This document shows positions 46,545 to 53,445 of a stretch of DNA of 64,000 nt, piece by piece. The DNA lies in NCBI GenBank assembly GCA_964479875.1, contig CAYZNM010000006.1, forward strand, positions 4,565 through 68,564, read 5' to 3'. Position numbers and translations under genes: made by a program. The stretch comes from an uncultured Eubacteriales bacterium (GTDB lineage Bacteria > Bacillota > Clostridia > Monoglobales > CAYZNM01). Below the pieces are notes generated by a model. It searched no databases. It was not told where the DNA came from and was given only the letters and a program-made list of their open reading frames with translations. Each line of letters opens with the position of its first letter. Position 1 is the first letter of the stretch.

Positions 46545-46712
46545 AATATTTTCCTTTCTATATGGTTACAATATCCCTCTTGTAACTTTAACCTTGTATA
46601 TTCAGTTTAGCATTCAAAAGTTACAAAACGGTTTCATTTGGACAATTTTTATTCAGTTTTTTACTATTTTTTCAAGATACTTTTATGTAAAAAAAGAGGG
46701 CGTGTGCCCCCT

Positions 46713-47882
46713 TTAATTTGCAAGCTTAAAGATGTCGACTATCTCGGCTTTGTCTAGCTCGATGTAGGACGGAAGCTTGCGTTTGCCTTGATTTGTGCAG
46801 CTTTCGGCCATGGGCTCGAATGCGGACTCGGGTATGCCAAGCTCGCGCATTGTCGTGGGCATGTGCAGCTCGCGGAAGAATTGCTCGGTGCGCGATATGC
46901 CCTCTAGGGCAAGCTGCTCGTCGTTATCGCCCGATATGCCCCATACATTTTTCGCATACTGCGCGAACCGTAAAGTATTGTACCTATACACATACTTCGC
47001 CCACGCAGGGAACGCTACGGATAATCCTGCGGCGTGTGCTACGTTGTCGTAGAAGCCGCTGATTTCATGCTCAAGCTGATGGCATACGAAAAAGAAGTTG
47101 CGGCCTGCACCTGTAAGCTCGTTGTGCGACAGGCTGCCTGCCCACATTAGAGTGGCGCGTGCGTCGTAGTCGCGCGGATTTTGCATTGCGGCGCGTCCTG
47201 CGTTGATTACGGCTTTCAGCAAGCCCTCGGCGATATTATCCGTAAGCTCAGTCGGCGGATAGTCGCCGAAATAACGCTCAAGCGTGTGCATCATTATGTC
47301 AACTACGCCGCACGCTGTTTGGTATGCGTCCACGGTATAGGTGAGCTCAGGGTTGCATATCGCAAACAGCGGACGGTTGTACGGCGAATTGTATCCGCGC
47401 TTTAGCCCAATCTCATCGTTGGTGATAACGCAGGATTGGCTCATCTCGCTGCCGGAAGCCGAAAGCGTAAGCACCACGCCTACAGGCAGCGCAGCCGCAG
47501 GCTCTGCCTGCCGCGAGTTAAACAGCCACGGGTCGCAATCTGCGACAGCTCCTGCCGCAATCGACTTCGCGCTGTCAATCGCACTGCCGCCGCCTACTGC
47601 AAGCACAAGCTGCACGCCATTGTCGCGGCACAACTTCACGCCCTCGCGCACAAGCGACAGCTTCGGATTAGGCTCAACTCCGCCCAATTCCACGAACGAA
47701 ACTCCCGCTGCGTTAAGCGACTGCACTACCGCGTCGTATATGCCAAATTTTTTAACGCTGCCCTTGCCGTAATGCAGTAAAACCTTTGTAAAGCCATAAG
47801 ACTTTACAACCTCGCCAACCTTAGTATGCGTGTCTTTTCCAAAAATTACATTCGTCGGCGTGTAAAATACAAAGTCTTTCAT
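46713..47882 (-). CDS. iron-containing (group III) alcohol dehydrogenase
   Basis: 389 aa. GGGSAIDSAK NAD(P) motif and a His-rich metal site (HQLEHEISGFYDNVAHAAG). Resembles butanol/1,2-propanediol dehydrogenases. Confidence 0.88.
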   Translation of the reverse strand: MKDFVFYTPTNVIFGKDTHTKVGEVVKSYGFTKVLLHYGKGSVKKFGIYDAVVQSLNAAGVSFVELGGVEPNPKLSLVREGVKLCRDNGVQLVLAVGGGSAIDSAKSIAAGAVADCDPWLFNSRQAEPAAALPVGVVLTLSASGSEMSQSCVITNDEIGLKRGYNSPYNRPLFAICNPELTYTVDAYQTACGVVDIMMHTLERYFGDYPPTELTDNIAEGLLKAVINAGRAAMQNPRDYDARATLMWAGSLSHNELTGAGRNFFFVCHQLEHEISGFYDNVAHAAGLSVAFPAWAKYVYRYNTLRFAQYAKNVWGISGDNDEQLALEGISRTEQFFRELHMPTTMRELGIPESAFEPMAESCTNQGKRKLPSYIELDKAEIVDIFKLAN

Positions 47883-47891
47883 CTATACCTC

Positions 47892-48383
47892 CTATTTTAA
47901 ATTCACTCGTTTGCTGTTGCTCGCGTAGCCGTGGCAGATTGCAATAGCAATCGCGTCCGCCGTATCGTCAGGCTTGGGCGTTTCTGCCAATTTCAAAATC
48001 GTCTTCACCATATACTGCACCTGCTTCTTATCCGCCCTGCCATAACCTGTTACGGCTTGCTTAACTTGCAGCGGCGTGTACTCGTACACCGAAAGCCCAT
48101 TGTTCGCACCTGAAAGCAGCAGCACGCCACGCGCCTGCCCTACCATTATCGCAGTTTTCGCGTTGTCGTTGAAGAACAATTCCTCAATCGCCATGCACTC
48201 AGGCTTGTACCGCTCGATGATGTAGCACATGTCTTCGTATATCATTTTAAGGCGCACGTGCATGTCGGTCTTGGGCGGACTTTCGACTATGCCGTACTCG
48301 ATAGGGCGATACTTGCGCCCCTCGTAATCGAGCACGGCAAAGCCTACGGTCGCAAGCCCAGGGTCTACGCCTAGGATTCGCAT
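47892..48383 (-). CDS. ruvC: crossover junction endodeoxyribonuclease RuvC
   Basis: MRILGVDPGLATVGFAVL..., ...DDTADAIAIAICH. Canonical RuvC catalytic residues. Confidence 0.95.
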   Translation of the reverse strand: MRILGVDPGLATVGFAVLDYEGRKYRPIEYGIVESPPKTDMHVRLKMIYEDMCYIIERYKPECMAIEELFFNDNAKTAIMVGQARGVLLLSGANNGLSVYEYTPLQVKQAVTGYGRADKKQVQYMVKTILKLAETPKPDDTADAIAIAICHGYASNSKRVNLK

Positions 48384-49618
48384 TTGCGCACGATGTCCAT
48401 TACGGCGTTGTTCCAGTCGATTATGCGCTGCGGCTCGTACATACAGGTGCTTACGTCCTTTAGTATAAACTCCACAGGCGTGCCGTATTTATTGCAAGCT
48501 TCAATCGTTTTCTTTATGTCGTTTTTCACAAGGTCGATGTCGAAGGTGCTTCCGCTTAAGAATGCGGGGTTCGGCTTGTTGGATACAACGTAAGCGTCGC
48601 CCATTTGGCGCGCTGCGTTGTCAACGTCTGCCCACGGGCTCATTGAGATTTTGCGCACGTTTTTGATTCGCTTGATTATTTCTATTTTCCTATCTAAAGG
48701 CTCACAGCAGCCGTAGTACACATGCCCGAAGTCCGCGTAATAGGGCAGTGCGTACTCTATCTCGAACTCATTGTGCATATCGGGCGACACAGCCGAAAAC
48801 ATCTGCGCCATTCCCGCAACCCACGTATCGGCAGGAGTAGGCTTTTCTTCATTATAATTACCGCTTGGCAAATCATAGCAATGCGCGCCGCTGCAATGCA
48901 CCAAATCAGGTGCGGCAGTTAGTGCGCCAAGCTCAATCAATTGCCGCTTTTGCTCAAACGCCATGTCTGCGAACTTGCGCACTGTCTTATGCACAAATTC
49001 GGGGCGGTCAAGCATATCGTACAGCACAGCAGTAACCGAGCGATACTTCGATATCTCGTCCCACGGAATAAACATAGTTGCAACGCCGCCTATGCGTATC
49101 GGCAGGATATCGCCGAATATATCGTGCAGCATGTCGTGAGTAGCCTTTGTCGCCTGCTCATCGTGATACAAATCGGGCAGCAGCAGCTTTTCGAGCGATT
49201 CCTCGTCGGGCAGCGTATCGTGGTATTCGTGGCTCACAACGTCGTTGCGCGCATCGAAAGTCTTAATGCTCTCATCCACGAAATTAACCTCGTTGCGATT
49301 GCGTATCGCCTTGGTTATCTCAAAGTACGGGCGCACAACCATATCGCCCGAAAAATTGCGCCACTTAAAAATAGTGCGGCGCAGCGAACCCTCGACCCAA
49401 TGCAAGTCCTTGTTCTCGCATTGCAGCACAAGATAATCGCACTTCGCTTCAAGCTCACCCCACGGCAATTGGTCAAGCATAACCATCGGCCGCACAGGCT
49501 TTAACGCATTAATCCGCTTCCACAGCTCAACAATTTCCGCCTGAATCGGCAGCGCGGCAATTTCCGCGACATCAGTCGCAAGCGCGCGCAGTATATCCCT
49601 ATCCTTTTGATTTATCAT
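48371..49618 (-). CDS. hypothetical protein, possibly URO-D-like TIM-barrel family
   Basis: About 415 aa. The ATG at 49618 is preceded by GGGGG (the track uses TTG 49624). The stop overlaps the ruvC start by 13 nt. Family assignment rests on weak recollection only. Confidence 0.6.
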   Translation of the reverse strand: MINQKDRDILRALATDVAEIAALPIQAEIVELWKRINALKPVRPMVMLDQLPWGELEAKCDYLVLQCENKDLHWVEGSLRRTIFKWRNFSGDMVVRPYFEITKAIRNRNEVNFVDESIKTFDARNDVVSHEYHDTLPDEESLEKLLLPDLYHDEQATKATHDMLHDIFGDILPIRIGGVATMFIPWDEISKYRSVTAVLYDMLDRPEFVHKTVRKFADMAFEQKRQLIELGALTAAPDLVHCSGAHCYDLPSGNYNEEKPTPADTWVAGMAQMFSAVSPDMHNEFEIEYALPYYADFGHVYYGCCEPLDRKIEIIKRIKNVRKISMSPWADVDNAARQMGDAYVVSNKPNPAFLSGSTFDIDLVKNDIKKTIEACNKYGTPVEFILKDVSTCMYEPQRIIDWNNAVMDIVRKCES

Positions 49619-49671
49619 AAACAACCCCCATATATAAATATAATTTATTATACCACACTAAAAAATAAAAT

Positions 49672-49768
49672 GCGACTAAAAACTAAAAACTAATGGTGAA
49701 GGGCTGTTGAAGAAACGCGCTTCGCGCGTTTTATTAGTCTTTCACCCTTCACCATTAGTTTTTAGTCG
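49672..49768. repeat. heptamer-armed hairpin enclosing a mini-terminator (second copy of the architecture)
   Basis: Left arm CGACTAAAAACTAAAAACTAATGGTGAAGGGC. Central AAACGCGC-TTCG-GCGCGTTTT (49713-49732). Right arm TCTTTCACCCTTCACCATTAGTTTTTAGTCG. Located in a divergent promoter gap. Confidence 0.75.
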
Positions 49769-49875
49769 TTTTCCAGTTCTATTTTCCATATTATGGCATA
49801 GAATTATATATATCAAGGCTCGGCATGACATTGGTATGAAAGATTAATTAACCTAAGATATAGGAGTGTATAAAT

Positions 49876-50538
49876 ATGTTGCAAGATTTAGGGACAAATA
49901 ATAAAGTTGAGGTTGCGGGAACAGTTACAAGTGAGATGACCTTTAACCATGAAGTGTACGGCGAATCGTTTTTCTCTTTCATGCTAAAGGTGCCTCGCCT
50001 GAGCGATGTTTCGGATTATATAATGGTTACGGCGAGCGAGCGTCTGCTTATGGGGCAGGAGTATAAAATCGGAAGCCTGCTCTACATCACAGGGCAGTAT
50101 CGTTCCTACAACAATTTCGCGCCGGAAGGCAACAAGCTTATACTCACAGTATTCGCAAAAGACATACTTCCGCTCACCGAGCTTTCGGAAAAAAGCGTAA
50201 ACAACATTTACTTAAACGGTTTCGTATGCAAAGAGCCTGTATATCGCACAACGCCGCTGAATCGTGAAATCGCGGACATACTGCTTGCTGTTAACCGCAC
50301 ATACAAAAAATCTGATTACATCCCATGTATAGCCTGGGGCAGAAACGCGCGCTATGTAGGCAAGCTGAATGTAGGCGACAACCTAGTGATATGGGGCAGA
50401 GTGCAAAGCCGCGACTATCAAAAGAAGGGCGATGATGAATCCATCACCTTAAAGACCGCCTACGAAGTAAGTATATCAAAATTAGAACTAGGCAAAATAA
50501 TAATCCCATCGTACGAAGAGGGCATGGAGTATAACTAA
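49876..50538 (+). CDS. tandem double-OB-fold protein, SSB-like
   Basis: 220 aa. The two halves align with each other (VEVAGTVTSEMTF...ITGQYRSYN and IYLNGFVCKEPVY...IWGRVQSRDY), a typical OB/SSB pattern. No acidic C-terminal tail. Confidence 0.55.
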   Translation: MLQDLGTNNKVEVAGTVTSEMTFNHEVYGESFFSFMLKVPRLSDVSDYIMVTASERLLMGQEYKIGSLLYITGQYRSYNNFAPEGNKLILTVFAKDILPLTELSEKSVNNIYLNGFVCKEPVYRTTPLNREIADILLAVNRTYKKSDYIPCIAWGRNARYVGKLNVGDNLVIWGRVQSRDYQKKGDDESITLKTAYEVSISKLELGKIIIPSYEEGMEYN

Positions 50539-50736
50539 AAAGTATTATTTTACTTTTTTGGAATCATTTGTAACTATTGCATTAAATTTTTCTTTAGAAT
50601 AAGTCACATTGCATATATTTCCAGTATATAAAAGCTGTTACGACAAAGAATATAAACACGATACAGCGTATCGTATATGCAATGTACGATATGGTGTATC
50701 TGGATAATATCAAATTATACAAAGGAGAGATACATC

Positions 50737-50955
50737 GTGGCATCTAATAATTACGGAAGCAACAGAGTTTTAGTACCTGAGGCTAAGGAAGCATTAAACA
50801 AGTTCAAAATGGAGGCAGCTTCTGAAGTAGGCGTTAACCTAAAGAACGGCTACAACGGCGACTTAACTTCCAGACAAGCAGGCAGCGTTGGCGGTCAAAT
50901 GGTTAAGAAAATGATCCAACAAGCCGAGAGCAAGTTAATGCAAAACCAATTTTAA
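50737..50955 (+). CDS. alpha/beta-type small acid-soluble spore protein
   Basis: GTG at 50737 after AAAGGAGAG. ...VLVPEAKEALNKFKMEAASEVGVNL...GDLTSRQAGSVGGQMVKKMI is the SASP signature. Confidence 0.92.
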   Translation: MASNNYGSNRVLVPEAKEALNKFKMEAASEVGVNLKNGYNGDLTSRQAGSVGGQMVKKMIQQAESKLMQNQF

Positions 50956-51074
50956 GTATATATAAAGCGTGAGCTTTATAGCATATAGCGTACACACGCG
51001 AAAGGACGCCGGAATAACTCCGGCTCCTTTGTTGTATAATCGTATTGGCGTAAATTTACATAAGGACTATAAAA

Positions 51075-51782
51075 ATGAAACGGTTTATGAGAAGAGTGCT
51101 GCCGCGTATGCGCTATGGTATGCGCAGCAGGAATGGGAAGCTGCGTGCGGTTATTGTAGTTGCCGCTGTGTTTATTTTATTGTTGTGGCTGTTTAATACA
51201 GTGACAAGCAGGCTTATTCCGATTGCCGCTTCCCTTGCCGAATCCGAGGCGCAGGAGATAATCAACCTTTCGGTAAATCAAGCACTTGCCGAAAAAATAC
51301 TCGACGGACAGCTGGACTACAACAAATTCTACACCATAGCCAAGGATGACAAAGGCAACATCACAGGCGTGGTCGCAAACGTAGTCCAGCTTAATATTTT
51401 AAAGGCGCAGCTTGTTGAAGCGATACAAAATAAAATGAGCAACATCACGGCAGACGACATTTACATACCAATAGGCAGTTTGTTTAATAATGAAATATTC
51501 TCTAACAGAGGCTTCAAGATACCGATTAAGCTATTGGCTGTCGGTTCTATTAATGTTGATTTTTCGGACAGCTTCTCTGACGCGGGAATAAATCAGACAA
51601 AGCATGAAATTCAGCTGGATTTAATAAGCAGCGTGACGATGTTGTTCCCGATAGGGAGCATTACGACGAACATTACGACGTCGCTGCCGCTTGCGCAGAC
51701 GATTATCGTGGGGACTGTGCCACAGTCGTACACGACGATAAATTTGGGGGAGGGTTTGAAGGAGGTGCTGGATGAGCTGTAG
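51075..51782 (+). CDS. yunB: sporulation protein YunB
   Basis: 235 aa. N-terminal TM, then AESEAQEIINLSVNQALAEKI...VVQLNILKAQLVEAIQ... resembles YunB. Confidence 0.65.
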   Translation: MKRFMRRVLPRMRYGMRSRNGKLRAVIVVAAVFILLLWLFNTVTSRLIPIAASLAESEAQEIINLSVNQALAEKILDGQLDYNKFYTIAKDDKGNITGVVANVVQLNILKAQLVEAIQNKMSNITADDIYIPIGSLFNNEIFSNRGFKIPIKLLAVGSINVDFSDSFSDAGINQTKHEIQLDLISSVTMLFPIGSITTNITTSLPLAQTIIVGTVPQSYTTINLGEGLKEVLDEL

Positions 51783-51818
51783 GAACTATGCGTATAGGGT
51801 TATGAGCAGCCAGATTAT

Positions 51819-52694
51819 TTATTCAAAATCTATTTGTACTTCGTACCAATAATTTTGTTCTGTTAAATAATCATTATTCCTGCTTTCAACTATATGTAGT
51901 TTCCATGAAATAAGTATCAAAACAAACATAATGAGTATAATTGCATTAGTGAATATAAATGGCTTTAGCTTTGGTTCATCAGCTTTCCTTACCAACCTAT
52001 CTATGTAGTAAAATAAGCCAAAAAGCATATTGATAATAACAAAACCTATCAATAATACAATAAAGGCCACTCGATAAATAGATGATTGATGAAAATTTTC
52101 AAGCACCGAAGTTGAAAAAGCTATACCGGCAGTAAATGCTAATACAACAGCAGCAAAAATCCCCAGAATAGCAATATACTCTTTTTGTGAGCTTCTTAAT
52201 TTATCGTCCACACCTTTAATATCTTGCTTAAGCTTTCGCGCCTCACTATTGAATGAATTAATTTGAGACTTTACATCGTCCAAACTATCATCCTTCAAAA
52301 GCTCCCTTTCCACCTTGTCCCAATATGTTAATCTTGCCAATTCAAGGCTTACATGGTCATATAACTTCTTTAGGTTATCACTTATATCTATCAATTCCCC
52401 ATTAGTTTCTTTATTCAATGGTCGATAACCACTTATAATTAGTAATAGATTTTGTCCAAGAATATCTGTATTACCAATCTTATCTCCTTGCTTGATGTCG
52501 GTCAATACAACAAATATATCGGAATAGAAATGCCGAAACTCTTTATTCTTATCTTTGGAATAATATAGATTTTCTAGTCTTCGATAAAAAGATGCACGAT
52601 CGCTTTTATTCGATAGTGCATCTTGGGTCTCACTTAACTCATATAAAATTTTCTTTAATTCTTCTCTATGCTTTTGTTCGTCATTCCACAGCAT
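51819..52694 (-). CDS. uncharacterised 291-aa protein: helical/coiled-coil N-terminal region plus 3 C-terminal TM helices (candidate toxin/effector partner of the Panacea-domain gene)
   Basis: Very AT-rich ORF starting 5 nt after the DUF4065 gene stop. TM segments YIAILGIFAAVVLAFTAGIAF, IYRVAFIVLLIGFVIINMLFGLFYYI and FIFTNAIILIMFVLILISW. No recognised catalytic motif. Confidence 0.75.
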   Translation of the reverse strand: MLWNDEQKHREELKKILYELSETQDALSNKSDRASFYRRLENLYYSKDKNKEFRHFYSDIFVVLTDIKQGDKIGNTDILGQNLLLIISGYRPLNKETNGELIDISDNLKKLYDHVSLELARLTYWDKVERELLKDDSLDDVKSQINSFNSEARKLKQDIKGVDDKLRSSQKEYIAILGIFAAVVLAFTAGIAFSTSVLENFHQSSIYRVAFIVLLIGFVIINMLFGLFYYIDRLVRKADEPKLKPFIFTNAIILIMFVLILISWKLHIVESRNNDYLTEQNYWYEVQIDFE

Positions 52695-52699
52695 AAAAA

Positions 52700-53113
52700 T
52701 TACCCCAATTTTTTTATTAAATACAGAGGAATTACTCCGTGGTTTCCACGACCTTCATCGTAAATTTTAGCCCATGCACCATTTTGTTTATGAGTATCCT
52801 TCACCATATCCCATGGATTTAATTCTCGTTTTTCCTCTATAATACAATCTATGCGATTATCTAAAATTTGAACGTTATCATACTTTGTAGAAATAGGCAT
52901 AGCTCCGTGACCAGAGAAATGATAATATACATTCGGTACAACCGGACCAAACTGCCATGCTTCGATGTCATCAGAAAAGGCCTGTTCATTTCGCTCTAAG
53001 AAATCCTTTTGTATATAATACAAAATCTTCTGAAGTTGCAAGTTGCTAATTGGGCAACCATCGTTATAACACTTTGTTACTATATACTTAGATAATTCAA
53101 GTGCAGAATACAT
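52700..53113 (-). CDS. Panacea (DUF4065, SocA/GepA-like) domain protein, putative antitoxin
   Basis: MYSALELSKYIV...NLQLQKILYYIQKDFLERNEQAFSDDIEAWQFGPVVPNVYYHF matches the DUF4065 core (LQKLLYY.Q....f.d.ieAW.yGPVv..vY). GGAGGG RBS 6 nt before the ATG at 53113. Confidence 0.8.
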   Translation of the reverse strand: MYSALELSKYIVTKCYNDGCPISNLQLQKILYYIQKDFLERNEQAFSDDIEAWQFGPVVPNVYYHFSGHGAMPISTKYDNVQILDNRIDCIIEEKRELNPWDMVKDTHKQNGAWAKIYDEGRGNHGVIPLYLIKKLG

Positions 53114-53155
53114 ACATTGCCCTCCATTCGTTTCAAGTTTTATTACCACAGTTCT

Positions 53156-53184
53156 ATTATATTCTATTTATTTGATTTTGTCAA
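53156..53184 (-). promoter_or_regulatory. consensus sigma-A promoter of the DUF4065 two-gene module
   Basis: On the minus strand: TTGACA (53179-53184) -17- TATAAT (53156-53161). Confidence 0.6.
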
Positions 53185-53196
53185 CAAAAAAATAAA

Positions 53197-53239
53197 CACA
53201 AATAAAACCTAATACTTGCTAATAGGTTTTATTTGTGTT
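53197..53239 (-). terminator. long perfect hairpin terminator after tRNA-Arg
   Basis: ACACAAATAAAACCTA-loop-TAGGTTTTATTTGTGT, followed on the minus strand by TTTATTTTTTT. Confidence 0.7.
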
Positions 53240-53249
53240 ACAATATCTT

Positions 53250-53325
53250 TGGCGTGCCTGGCAGGATTTGAACCTGCGACCTACTGATTCGTAGTCAGTC
53301 ACTCTATCCGCTGAGCTACAAGCAC
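53250..53325 (-). tRNA. tRNA-Arg (anticodon ACG), CCA encoded
   Basis: Minus strand GTGCTTGTAGCTCAGCGGATAGAGTGACTGACTACGAATCAGTAGGTCGCAGGTTCAAATCCTGCCAGGCACGCCA. It folds as a cloverleaf: acceptor GTGCTTG/CAGGCAC, anticodon loop CTACGAA, T-arm GCAGG-TTCAAAT-CCTGC. Confidence 0.92.
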
Positions 53326-53361
53326 TTATTCGATTTTTGCCGCTTTTCTGTCGGCTTTTAT

Positions 53362-53390
53362 ATAATAGCATACTTTTAAATAAAATGCAA
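53362..53390 (-). promoter_or_regulatory. predicted promoter of tRNA-Arg
   Basis: On the minus strand: TTGCAT (53385-53390) -17- TATTAT (53362-53367). Confidence 0.5.
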
Positions 53391-53410
53391 GTGTTTTTTT
53401 AAAAAAATTT

Positions 53411-53431
53411 GCAGCGGGATTATCCCGCTGC
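53411..53431 (-). terminator. terminator after the glycoside hydrolase gene
   Basis: GCAGCGGGAT-T-ATCCCGCTGC hairpin with AAATTTTTTT on the minus strand. Confidence 0.7.
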
Positions 53432-53445
53432 TTTGGGCGTTTTTG

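Noticed and set aside
50539-50736. Forespore-type (sigma-G/sigma-F) promoter upstream of the SASP gene.
   Set aside because: This is expected biologically, but I could not place convincing -35/-10 matches by eye, so no coordinates are claimed.
50969-51196. 75-aa ORF between the SASP gene and yunB.
   Set aside because: It overlaps the yunB start region in another frame, has no RBS and no recognisable features. It is probably spurious.
51819-53325. Possibility that the tRNA-adjacent islet is a prophage or integrative element.
   Set aside because: It contains no integrase, no recombinase and no phage structural genes. I could find no direct repeat of the tRNA 3' end at the yunB-proximal boundary. 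At most it is a remnant, so it is reported only as an islet.
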